Source: an uncultured delta proteobacterium
GTDB lineage: Bacteria; Myxococcota; UBA727; VGSZ01
Assembly (NCBI GenBank): GCA_963775425.1
Contig: CAVZJB010000008.1
Span: 128,001 to 192,000 of the forward strand
Direction of reading: 5' to 3'
Length of the DNA: 64,000 bases
In this document: positions 18,465 through 27,107 of the stretch, one piece after another
Position numbering within the stretch: the stretch's first letter is position 1
How the letters are laid out: each line of letters begins with the position of its first letter
The notes under the pieces: generated by a model
Seen by the model: the letters and a program-made list of their open reading frames with translations, nothing else
Databases searched by the model: none
What the model was told of the DNA's origin: nothing
Program-made: the position numbers and the translations under genes

Positions 18465-19010
18465 GTCGGGAGACCCGGCCGACGGCCGCCCTACGTGCCG
18501 ATGCAGCTCGCGACGCGGGGCACGTCGACGATGCACGTTCGCGACGTCCCGTAGAACGGGGCTCGTCCCCCGCGTCGGGAGACCCGGCCGACGCGATGCA
18601 GCTCGCGACGTCGTTCGCGACGTCCCGTAGGGCGGGGGCTCGTCCCCCGCGTCGCGAGACCCCTCCGACGCGATGCAGCTCGCGACGTCGCTCGCGACGA
18701 CCCGTAGGGCGGGGGCTCGTCCCCCGCGTGGGGAGACCCGGCCGACGCGATGCAGCTCGCGACGTCGTTCGCGACGACCCGTAGGGCGGGGGCTCGTCCC
18801 CCGCGTCGCGAGACCCGGCCGACGCGATGCAGCTCGCGACGTCGTTCGCGACGACCCGTAGGGCGGGGGCTCGTCCCCCGCGTGGGGAGACCCGGCCGAC
18901 GCGATGCAGCTCGCAACGTCGCTCGCGACGACCCGTAGGGCGGGGGCTCGTCCCCCGCGTCGCGAGACCCGGCCGACGCGATGCAGCTCGCGACGTCGTT
19001 CGCGACGACA
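18465..19010 (+). repeat. Tandem array of ~77-bp units, each containing a GTAG-type REP palindrome
   Basis: GTAGGGCGGGGGCTCGTCCCCCGC at 18627, 18704, 18781, 18858 and 18935, plus a variant at 18551. Confidence 0.92.
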
Positions 19011-19052
19011 CGTGAGCCGATATCGCGCGCCGCTCGCGGGCGCGTCGCGGCT

Positions 19053-19325
19053 CTAAAGGGCGTCGATGCGGGCGGCGAGGGCGTAGTCCTTGTCGCCCAC
19101 GACGCCTTCGTCGTGGGTTCGCAGCTTGACGACGACGCGGCCCCAGCCGAGCTCGATGTCGGGGTGGTGCCCGAGCGCCTCGGCCTCCGGCGAGATCTTG
19201 TTCACGAACGCCAGCGCCGTGAGCCAGTCGGGGAAACGGAACGTGCGCTCTAGGTGGTGGCCGTCGACGACGCGCCAGGCCGGATCGGCGACCGGCGGCC
19301 GCGCTCGATCGATGGGATCGGTCAT
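19053..19325 (-). CDS. phhB: Pterin-4-alpha-carbinolamine dehydratase
   Basis: L.RTFRFPDW..ALAFVN...AEALGHHPDI, THDEG...D..LA.RID. Confidence 0.9.
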   Translation of the reverse strand: MTDPIDRARPPVADPAWRVVDGHHLERTFRFPDWLTALAFVNKISPEAEALGHHPDIELGWGRVVVKLRTHDEGVVGDKDYALAARIDAL

Positions 19326-19382
19326 GAAGCCCCTCGCGGACAAAACCCTACGCAGACGCGCCGCCGCGCATTACATAGCAGC

Positions 19383-20207
19383 ATGGACCCCGTGTGGGCG
19401 CTCGCGCTCTTCGCCGGCCTCGGCCTCGTGGTCGGCGCCTACGGCACCCTCATCGGGGCGGGCGGCGGCTTCGTCGTCGTCCCCGTCCTCCTCCTCGGTC
19501 TGCACTGGACGCACGACAAGGCCGTGGGGACCTCGCTCGTCGTCGTCGCCTGCAACGCCGCCAGCGGCTCGTTCGCGTACTGGCGCCAGGGCCGCGTGGA
19601 CTTCCGCACGGGCTTGCCCTTCGCCGCCGCCACCATCCCCGGCGCCATCGCGGGCTCCACGCTCGTGCAGATGATGAGCGGGCGCGTGTTCAACATCGCG
19701 TTCGGCGTGCTGCTCATCCTCGTGTCGCTCTACTTGATCGCGCGCCCGCCGCGCACGTCGACGCCGCGCACGGAGCGGCCCGCGGGCCTGCTCGGCTTCG
19801 GGTGGAGCGTGCGCCACCTCGTCGACAAGAGCGGCACCGAGTACAACTACGGCTTCTCGATGCCGCTCGGCTTGTTGTTGAGCTTCGGCGTGGGCTTTTT
19901 GTCGAGCATCCTCGGCATCGGCGGCGGCATCGTCCACGTGCCCGCGCTCGTCACGCTCTTTCAGTTCCCCGCGCACGTCGCCACGGCTACGTCGCACTTC
20001 ATCCTCGCCATCTCCGCAGCCACGGGCGCGGTGACGCACGCGACGCTCGGCAACGTCGAGGTCGGGCCCGCTTTGTCCATGGGCGCCGGCGCCGTCGTCG
20101 GCGCGCAGGTCGGCGGCGCGCTCTCGCACCGCGTGCACGCCACCTGGATCCTGCGCGCGCTCGCCGCCGCCCTCGGCCTCGTGGGCGTCCGGCTCCTCAT
20201 CGGGTGA
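19383..20207 (+). CDS. Sulfite exporter TauE/SafE family membrane protein
   Basis: Duplicated G.GGG...VP motifs (IGAGGGFVVVP, LGIGGGIVHVP), AVGTSL/ATATS, about 8 TM helices. Confidence 0.9.
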   Translation: MDPVWALALFAGLGLVVGAYGTLIGAGGGFVVVPVLLLGLHWTHDKAVGTSLVVVACNAASGSFAYWRQGRVDFRTGLPFAAATIPGAIAGSTLVQMMSGRVFNIAFGVLLILVSLYLIARPPRTSTPRTERPAGLLGFGWSVRHLVDKSGTEYNYGFSMPLGLLLSFGVGFLSSILGIGGGIVHVPALVTLFQFPAHVATATSHFILAISAATGAVTHATLGNVEVGPALSMGAGAVVGAQVGGALSHRVHATWILRALAAALGLVGVRLLIG

Positions 20208-20693
20208 AAGGCTGACGAAAAACAAGGCTCGTAGCAGCACTCGGCGAAGCCGCGCGGAGTACGCGTCGGCGCCCAAGAACCGCTGCAGGTTGTGAGGGAA
20301 CGGCGGGTCCGAGCGGTGTTGTGATCCCGCTATCGGCGCACGTGGCGGCTTCGTGCGGGTCGTGTGCGCGCCGACGTGCCTCGATGCGACGTCGGTGCGG
20401 ACTTCAGGCGGTGAGCTTCGCGAGGTTCTGCAGCAGGTTGAAGGCCACGGCCTCGGCGCTGCCTGTGAGCCCGTCGAGCTCGAGCCCGCCGATCACGCGG
20501 TCGAGTTGCGAAGTGCTTGGGCGCTCGGAATCAGCGAAGGCTAGACAACGTCGCCACCGCCGGAGCGGAAAGGAGCGGAGAGCTCGGCGCCCCGGCGCTC
20601 AACTCGGCGCGCGTCTTCGTCGCCGAGCTCGGAGCTCCTTTCCGCTCCGCCGTGTGGCCGTAGCACCGGCCCCTTCCGGGTGGCTCGGATCAA
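20208..20693 (-). mobile_element. Decayed IS1182-like element, copy 1 (most of the transposase deleted)
   Basis: Colinear with 50030-50777 apart from internal deletions; end AGGCTGACGAAAAA; transposase residues AVAFNLL and GLELDGLT remain. Confidence 0.7.
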
Positions 20694-20766
20694 CAGTCAG
20701 CGCTCGGTCGCCACCGCCGCTCAGCGCGCGGTTGGCACATGGGTGCCGGGCGGCTACACCGGCCCG

Positions 20767-22203
20767 ATGCGCCCTCGGCTCCTCGTCGCCGCCCCCGACG
20801 GCACCGTCTACGAGCACCCCACGCTCGAGATGGCCATCGACAACGGCCAGGACGTCTCGCGGGCCGGACGCCGCGAGCTGATCCCCATCCCCGAGGGCTG
20901 GGACCTCATGGCCATGCCGGGCACGCGCCCCATCGGCTACGACCGCAGCGCGGCGCGCTTCGTCACCGTCGACAGCTTCAGCGTCGACGGCCGCACCTTC
21001 GAGCCCTGGGCCGTCGCCGTGCACCCGCCGCCAGGCTACGTGCGCGCGCACCACCCCGCCGCCGAATACACCGACGCCACGCACCCCGACAAAAAGCTGC
21101 GCGCGCTGGTGCCGCCGCCGTCGCAGCCCGACCCCAGCGCGCGCGTCTCGAAGCGCACGAAGCGCAGGTCGCTCCCGGTCCTCGAGGGCGGCGACGACAA
21201 CGCGCGCCCGGGGCTCCCGCTGTGGGCGTACACGGCCGTGGGCATGACGGAGAAGGGCCCGGTGGCGGCGCTGTTCCTCGCCGACGAGACCACGCGCTGG
21301 GCGCCGTCTTTGTACTACCAGCCCGACCTGAAGGAGCGCATCGCCGCGCGCCTCGCCGAGGACCCCGACAACCAGGTGCTCGGGCAGCTCGCGCAGTGCG
21401 CCGGCGAGTACCTCTGCTGCTGCGCCCAGAACGTCTTCTACGAGCGCTGGGAGGGCGCGGTCCCGGTGGCGCCCGCGTGCACGGCGGCGTGCCTCGGGTG
21501 CTTGAGCAAGGACCCCGCGTGGGCGACGCCGACGCCGCAGAAGCGCCTGAAGTTCCAGCCCACGCCCGAGGAGATCGGCCGGGTGATCGCGCATCACCTC
21601 GAGCGCGCGCCGGAGCCGATGATGAGCTTCGGCCAGGGCTGCGAGGGCGAGCCCACCATGAACGGGCCCGTCATCATCGAGTCCGTGCGGCGCGCCCGCG
21701 AGCGGACCACGCGCGGCGTCATCAACATCAACACCAACGGCTCGCGCCCGGAGACCGTGCGCGCGTGCGCGCGCGCGGGGGCGTCGGCGCTGCGGGTGTC
21801 CCTCAACACCTTCGATCGCGAGATGTACACGGCCTACTACCGGCCCGGCGACTACGACTTCGACGACGTGGTGAAGACGCTCTACGTCGGGCGGGACGAG
21901 GGCATGCACGTCTCCATCAACCTGCTCATCTGGCCGGGGTGGTCCGATCGCATGGCCGAGGTCGACGCCATCTCGAAGATCGTCGAGGACGGCGCGCTGC
22001 ACATGATCCAGCTCCGGAACCTGTGCGTGGACCCGGGCTACTACCGCACGGTGTTGCCCAAGGAGCGCGGCATCCTCCTCGGGATGCGCGGCTTCGTCGA
22101 CGAGCTGCACCGCCGCCACGAAAAGCTCCGCTTCGGCACCTTCAACCCGCGCCTGGCCGCGGAGTGGTACGACAGCGTCCCCGCGTTCCCCGGCCGGCTG
22201 TGA
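20767..22203 (+). CDS. Radical SAM protein of unknown function
   Basis: CxxxCxxC motif (CTAACLGC), SFGQGCEGEP and NTNGS motifs. Confidence 0.9.
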   Translation: MRPRLLVAAPDGTVYEHPTLEMAIDNGQDVSRAGRRELIPIPEGWDLMAMPGTRPIGYDRSAARFVTVDSFSVDGRTFEPWAVAVHPPPGYVRAHHPAAEYTDATHPDKKLRALVPPPSQPDPSARVSKRTKRRSLPVLEGGDDNARPGLPLWAYTAVGMTEKGPVAALFLADETTRWAPSLYYQPDLKERIAARLAEDPDNQVLGQLAQCAGEYLCCCAQNVFYERWEGAVPVAPACTAACLGCLSKDPAWATPTPQKRLKFQPTPEEIGRVIAHHLERAPEPMMSFGQGCEGEPTMNGPVIIESVRRARERTTRGVININTNGSRPETVRACARAGASALRVSLNTFDREMYTAYYRPGDYDFDDVVKTLYVGRDEGMHVSINLLIWPGWSDRMAEVDAISKIVEDGALHMIQLRNLCVDPGYYRTVLPKERGILLGMRGFVDELHRRHEKLRFGTFNPRLAAEWYDSVPAFPGRL

Positions 22204-22213
22204 TGATCCCTGC

Positions 22214-22513
22214 TCACCGGCGCTCGCGCACCATGTGGAAGAAGCGCAGACACAGGCGCTTGCCGCGCGCGTGATCGCCGGCGTCGACGACGTCGCAGGC
22301 GTGCGCGATGTCGAGGATGGCGCTCATGCGGCCCGCCTTGGTGGCGAGCGTCTCTTTGTCGTCGTGGGCGAGCGCGCGGACGATGGCGTCGGACGTGGCG
22401 CGCAGCTCGTCGGCGACGAAGCCGTAGGTCGGGGGGAGATCGGTCGCGGCGTCGCCGGCGAGCGCGAGGAGCTCCCGGGAGGTGTCCCGCACGTCTTGGT
22501 CCATGGCGATCAT
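22214..22513 (-). CDS. Small hypothetical protein
   Basis: ~99-aa ORF filling the gap after a terminator; coding-like codon usage. Confidence 0.5.
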   Translation of the reverse strand: MIAMDQDVRDTSRELLALAGDAATDLPPTYGFVADELRATSDAIVRALAHDDKETLATKAGRMSAILDIAHACDVVDAGDHARGKRLCLRFFHMVRERR

Positions 22514-22628
22514 GCGCCCGGTGAAGCAGGTCGCATGCCACTGTGCGCGGCGCACGCGGGGCCGCTTCCGTGCGCGCCTCGATCGCCCCGGGGATCGGGC
22601 GCGGGCGCGGGTCGTTCCGTCTGGTGAC

Positions 22629-22658
22629 AAAAAAAGGGCCAGCCACCTGGGCCGGCCC
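22629..22658 (-). terminator. Intrinsic terminator
   Basis: GGGCCGGCC-loop-GGCTGGCCC-TTTTTTT on the minus strand, downstream of 22708-23163. Confidence 0.8.
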
Positions 22659-22707
22659 CCCGTGAGCCCCGGCGACCTGCGCCGGGGCTCGTGAGCTCAT
22701 GCGCGTC

Positions 22708-23163
22708 TCAGCCGAACGTGCCGCCGGCGCAGCGGCCGGGGTCCGCGCAGGTGACGCCGGTGTCGCCGCAGAAGGTGACGCTGGTGCCGTCGGTGTCGGT
22801 GGCGCTGACCTCGGTGAGGGTGGCGTCGATGTCCGCGCAGGCGGGGTCGCCGGCGGCCTGGATGGTCACGCAGTGGTTGTTGCCGAGGTCCGCGGGGATG
22901 CAGGCGTCGCCGGCGTCGCAGTCGGCGGTGGCGGTGCACGGGGCGTTGGCGCCGATGTCCGTCGCCTGGCACTGGCCGTCGTTGTCGCACTCGGCGGAGG
23001 TACAGCTCTGGGTGGTGTCGTCGCAGATCGGCGTATCGCCGCTGCAGTCCGCATCGCCGTTGGCGCTGCAGTCGACGACGTTGCTACCGCCGTCGCAGCC
23101 GACTCCCACGACGAAGAGGGCGACGGGGATGGCGGCGAGAGAAAGCAATGCAAACTTCTTCAT
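22708..23163 (-). CDS. Small Cys-rich acidic lipoprotein (no GE tract)
   Basis: AGGAG RBS; MKKFALLSLAAIPVALFVVGVGC lipobox; CxxDxxC repeats. Confidence 0.85.
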   Translation of the reverse strand: MKKFALLSLAAIPVALFVVGVGCDGGSNVVDCSANGDADCSGDTPICDDTTQSCTSAECDNDGQCQATDIGANAPCTATADCDAGDACIPADLGNNHCVTIQAAGDPACADIDATLTEVSATDTDGTSVTFCGDTGVTCADPGRCAGGTFG

Positions 23164-23340
23164 GGAACCACTCCTGGTGTCTCGGGCGGGGGGACTCTGA
23201 CCCGGACGGTTCGACGAACGCAAGCGTCTTGGCATTCGCCCGGCTCGTCCGCCCGACCCGGGGTCTGAAGACGGCCCGAGCGCCTGCGCCGCGCTTTCGC
23301 GCACGACGAGACGCTCGGGACCGACGATGCGGGCAGTCGG

Positions 23341-23625
23341 CTATTCGCCTTCGCCTTCGCCTTCGCCTTCTCCTTCTCCTTCTCCTTCGCCTTCGCCTTC
23401 GCCTTCGCCTTCGCCTTCGCCCTCTCCTTCTCCTTCGCCTTCGCCTTCGCCCTCTCCTTCGCCTTCACCCTCGCCTTCGCCTTCACCCTCGCCTTCGCCT
23501 TCGCCCTCGCCTTCGCCTTCGCCTTCGCCCTCGCCTTCGCCTTCGCCTTCGCAGCCCACGACGGTGGTCGTCAGACCGGTGACGAGCAATCCCGCGAAGA
23601 CTGCCGCCAATGCCACACGCATCAT
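23341..23625 (-). CDS. Lipoprotein consisting only of a signal peptide and Cys-Glu-(Gly-Glu)34
   Basis: AGGAGG RBS; MMRVALAAVFAGLLVTGLTTTVVGC followed by 69 alternating E/G codons (23344-23550) and TAG. Confidence 0.8.
   Translation of the reverse strand: MMRVALAAVFAGLLVTGLTTTVVGCEGEGEGEGEGEGEGEGEGEGEGEGEGEGEGEGEGEGEGEGEGEGEGEGEGEGEGEGEGEGEGEGEGEGE
23344..23550 (-). repeat. Hexanucleotide repeat (GGN GAR) encoding poly-(Gly-Glu)
   Basis: 207 bp of GAA/GAG alternating with GGC/GGT/GGA. Confidence 0.95.
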
Positions 23626-23733
23626 GATGGTTTCCTCCTGGGCGCCGTCTGTCGACGCCGCACAACCGTACCCGATGCCGTTCTGATTTCGCGAGATTCT
23701 CAGATCGTGGGAAATTGTCCCGACTCGCCTCAC

Positions 23734-23766
23734 AAAAAGAGACGGCCCCCGTCGCCGGGGGCCGTC
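23734..23766 (-). terminator. Intrinsic terminator
   Basis: GACGGCCCCCG-GCGA-CGGGGGCCGTC-TCTTTTT on the minus strand, after 23800-24729. Confidence 0.8.
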
Positions 23767-23799
23767 AATCACGACACGAATGTCGCGGTTTTGCTCAGG

Positions 23800-24729
23800 T
23801 CACTCGCACACGTACGACGTGCCGTCGAACGAGGTCGTGCCGTTGCAGTCACCCGCGGCGTTGCAGCCACAGATGTGATCGTTGCCGCAGACGTCGCCGC
23901 CGGCGGAGCCGGTGCACTCGTCGTCAGAGGCGCAGCCGCAGCTGCCGTTGTCGGTGTTGCACACCGAGGGCGCGGTGCCGGTGGCACCACACTCGCCGTC
24001 GTCGGTGCAGCCGCACGTGTGCGTCGCCGTGTAGCAGGTGGTCTGCGCGCCGGTCGCACAATCCGCGTCGGCGAGGCACTGCACGCACTGCCCGGAGGAC
24101 GTGTCGCACTTCAGCGTGCCGCAGTCGGCGTCGGTGGTGCACGCCGGGCTGTTGATCTCACAGAGGCTGTCCGCGTTGCAGGTGGAGTCCACGAAGGTGC
24201 AGACGTCGACGTCGGCCCCCGTGATGTCCTTCAGCGTGGTCAGGGTGCCTGCCGCGCAGGCGCCCGCGGTCGCCTCGAGGCTGTCACAACGGCCCTGGGC
24301 TCCGCTGGCGCCCGTCTGGTCGAGGTCGATGCAGTGCGTGTTCGGCGTGGTGCAATCCGCGTTCGCGGTGCACGCCGTGGTGCCCACGAAGCGCGCGGCA
24401 CAATCGTTGTTTCCGCCGCAGGTGTCCGCGGCGCAGCGGCTCGCGGTCGTGTCGCAGTGGAAGAAGACGTTGGAGCCGCCGATCTCGCAGTCGGCGTCGG
24501 CCGTGCACGACTCCTGGCAGATGGCCTCGCCTTCGCCTTCGCCTTCGCCCTCTCCTTCGCCTTCGCCTTCGCCCTCGCCCTCACCCTCGCCTTCGCCTTC
24601 GCCTTCGCCTTCGCCCTCGCCTTCGCCTTCGCCTTCACCTTCGCCTTCGCCTTCGCAGCCCGTGAAGGCCGTGGTCAGACCGATGACGAACACACTCGCC
24701 AGGATTCCCGTCAATGCAACGCGCAACAT
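23800..24729 (-). CDS. Cys-rich acidic lipoprotein with N-terminal Glu-(Gly-Glu)21 linker
   Basis: AAGGAGG RBS; MLRVALTGILASVFVIGLTTAFTGC; GE tract 24526-24654; many CxxDxDC repeats. Confidence 0.88.
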   Translation of the reverse strand: MLRVALTGILASVFVIGLTTAFTGCEGEGEGEGEGEGEGEGEGEGEGEGEGEGEGEGEGEGEGEGEGEAICQESCTADADCEIGGSNVFFHCDTTASRCAADTCGGNNDCAARFVGTTACTANADCTTPNTHCIDLDQTGASGAQGRCDSLEATAGACAAGTLTTLKDITGADVDVCTFVDSTCNADSLCEINSPACTTDADCGTLKCDTSSGQCVQCLADADCATGAQTTCYTATHTCGCTDDGECGATGTAPSVCNTDNGSCGCASDDECTGSAGGDVCGNDHICGCNAAGDCNGTTSFDGTSYVCE

Positions 24730-24843
24730 ATGTCCTCCTTGCGCCAGGGTCGGCGCACGCCCGGGACTGTACCCGAGGTCGGGCCCGCGCAAGAAGATTC
24801 TCATACCGAGACGGAGACGCGCGTCCGCTATGGTGGAGGGCGC

Positions 24844-25308
24844 ATGGCGCGCGATCCCGTTTCGATGTTCTGTTTCTCGCTCGTGCTCGTGAAGCGCGGG
24901 CAGCGCTTCCTCCTCGTGCACGAGCGGAAGCATGGGCAGGGGTGGTACCTGCCCGCGGGGGGCGTTGAGCCCGGCGAGACGTTCGCCGAGGCCGCGCTGC
25001 GCGAGACGCGGGAGGAGGCCGGGATCGACATCGAGCTCGAGGGCGTCCTCAAGATCCAGCACACGCCCATCCAAATCACGTCCGGCGCCGGCGGCGCGCG
25101 CATCCGCGTGTTCTTCCTCGCGCGCCCCCGCGACGACGCGCCGCCCAAGTCCGTCCCCGACGAGCACTCGCTCGAGGCCCGCTGGTTCACCGTCGACGAG
25201 CTCGCCGGCGCTCCCCTGCGCGGCGACGAGGTCGAGCAGTGGATCAAGTACACGCTTCAAGGGCCCGTCGTCGCGCCGCTTTCGATCCTGGCGCGCGAGG
25301 TGCCTTGA
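24844..25308 (+). CDS. NUDIX hydrolase
   Basis: Nudix box GGVEPGETFAEAALRETREEAG. Confidence 0.92.
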   Translation: MARDPVSMFCFSLVLVKRGQRFLLVHERKHGQGWYLPAGGVEPGETFAEAALRETREEAGIDIELEGVLKIQHTPIQITSGAGGARIRVFFLARPRDDAPPKSVPDEHSLEARWFTVDELAGAPLRGDEVEQWIKYTLQGPVVAPLSILAREVP

Positions 25309-25393
25309 CGTCGTCCGCCGGGGCGCGCCGGCGCGCGGAGACGGCGGCGCCTGCGGCGTCGACGGCGGATCCCGGATTCGCTAAAGAGCGCGC

Positions 25394-27019
25394 ATGAAGC
25401 TGCGCTCCGAAGAGCCCAAGGTCTCGCTGGCCAAGTTCTTCACGTCGCCCTTCGACAACGCCGTCGCCACGGCGCGCACGTGCTACTCGTCGCGCGTCAT
25501 CACCGACGAGGACGTGCGCAAGAACATCCCCCTGCGCGACCGCATCGCCGCCAGCACCTACAAGGCCGGCCACCACACCACGCTGCAGCACGCGCACTTC
25601 GAGTTCATCGTCGACGGCGTGTCGCGGCAGGCGCTGTGGTCCTTCTTCCACGCGCACCCGTTCTACAATTCGGAGCAGGTGAGCCAGCGCTACGTCGAGG
25701 TGAAGCCCGGCCGCGTGCTCAAGCCCGCCCTCGACGACAAGCTCGACGCTTTGTGGGACGCCTGCGTCGAGCGCCAGATGCGCGTCTATCACGAGCTCAA
25801 CGAGCTGTTGCTCCCCACGGTGCAGCGCCTGTACTTCGGCATCTTCCCCGCGCGCGACCGCGAGGTCGTCGACAAGCGCTGGACCGGCGCGATGAAGAAG
25901 CGCGCGCAGGAGGTGTCGCGCTACGTGCTCCCCATCGGCACGCACGCGCACCTGTATCACACGGTCAGCGGGCTCACGCTGCACCGCTACCACCGCATCG
26001 CCGACAGCCACGACTGCCCGAGCGAGCAGCGGATCATCGTCGACAAGATGATCGACTGCTTGCGCGCGGTGGACCCCGACTTCGGCGCGCTCCTCGAGGA
26101 CACGCTGCCGCTCGAGGACACCCCCGACGCCCGCGCGCTGCGCCGCGTACGGGGCGGCGCGCCCCGTGGCGCGGGCAACGGCGCGGTCCCCGCCGACGGC
26201 GGCGGCGCCGCGCTCGTCGATGCCGCGCTCACCCGCGCGTTCAAGCGGGAGTTCGACGACGCGCTCGAGGGGCGCACCTCCAAGCTCGTGTCGATGACGA
26301 CGGAGCCCGCGCGGCTGCTCGCGCGCTGCGTGCGCGAGGCGCTCGGCGTGCCGCGCGCCCGGCTCTCCGACGAGGACGCCGTGGCCATGCTCCTCGACCC
26401 CAGGGAGAACGCCGCGCTCGGCGAGAGCCTCAGCTTGCTCACGCTGCAGAAGGCGTCGCGGGCGCTGGAGATGGTGCACTTCACCTTCCAGCGCAAGATC
26501 TCGCACAGCGCCGACAGCCAAGCGCAGCGCCACCGCATGACGCCCGGGACGCGGCCGGTGCTGTGGACGCAATTCGTGCCCGGCGAGCCCGACTACGTCC
26601 TGCCCGTCATCTTCGAGCAGGACGACGCCGCGAAGGCGCGCGCGCTCTACGAGGGCGAGATGCGCGCGGTCTTCGAAGACATCCGGGTGTTGCACGAGGC
26701 CGGCGTCGAGCCCGAGGTCTGGCAGTACCTGCTGCCGAACGCGGCGCCTGTCCGCTACACCGAGACGGGCTCGCTCCTCGACCAGCACCACAAGTGGACC
26801 ACCCGCCTCTGCTACAACGCGCAGGAGGAGATCTGGCGCGCGTCCAAGGACGAGGTCGAACAGCTCGCCATGGCCGCGCCCGAGCTCGCCACCTGGCTCT
26901 TGCCGCCCTGCGGCCAACGCAAGCGCGCCGAGGTCACGCCGTACTGCCCCGAAGGCGAGCGCTTCTGCGGCCAGCCCGTGTGGACGCAGGAGCGATCGTC
27001 GTACCTGAGGGTCCTGTGA
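25394..27019 (+). CDS. thyX: FAD-dependent thymidylate synthase-like protein, long two-domain form
   Basis: GHHTTLQHAHFEF..GVSR, SEQVSQRY and RYVLP in the first half; QRHR, YLLPNA and RLC..AQEEI in the second. Confidence 0.8.
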   Translation: MKLRSEEPKVSLAKFFTSPFDNAVATARTCYSSRVITDEDVRKNIPLRDRIAASTYKAGHHTTLQHAHFEFIVDGVSRQALWSFFHAHPFYNSEQVSQRYVEVKPGRVLKPALDDKLDALWDACVERQMRVYHELNELLLPTVQRLYFGIFPARDREVVDKRWTGAMKKRAQEVSRYVLPIGTHAHLYHTVSGLTLHRYHRIADSHDCPSEQRIIVDKMIDCLRAVDPDFGALLEDTLPLEDTPDARALRRVRGGAPRGAGNGAVPADGGGAALVDAALTRAFKREFDDALEGRTSKLVSMTTEPARLLARCVREALGVPRARLSDEDAVAMLLDPRENAALGESLSLLTLQKASRALEMVHFTFQRKISHSADSQAQRHRMTPGTRPVLWTQFVPGEPDYVLPVIFEQDDAAKARALYEGEMRAVFEDIRVLHEAGVEPEVWQYLLPNAAPVRYTETGSLLDQHHKWTTRLCYNAQEEIWRASKDEVEQLAMAAPELATWLLPPCGQRKRAEVTPYCPEGERFCGQPVWTQERSSYLRVL

Positions 27020-27107
27020 CCCGCCGGCGGCGAGCGAGCCGCCGCGCCACGAGCTCGTCGCCGCCTGCGTCGATGACGACGACGAGCGCGCGCCCGAGGG
27101 GGGCGCC

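Noticed and set aside
18465-19010. Possible CRISPR array
   Set aside because: Whole 77-bp units repeat, so there are no unique spacers, and no cas genes are present; fits a REP tandem array
21636-21653. GCEGEP in the radical SAM protein resembling the GC-EGEG start of the lipoproteins
   Set aside because: It corresponds to the GGEP-type SAM-binding motif of radical SAM enzymes; coincidental
23327-23686. Plus-strand (Ser-Pro)n ORF, and similar SP-, RRRG- or AKAK-repeat ORFs at 9.9-13.4 kb and 24 kb
   Set aside because: These are antisense or shifted readings of the GE tracts. Synonymous variation alone cannot discriminate, since TCN-CCY is also synonymous, but only the GE frame has an RBS, signal peptide, lipobox and flanking terminators
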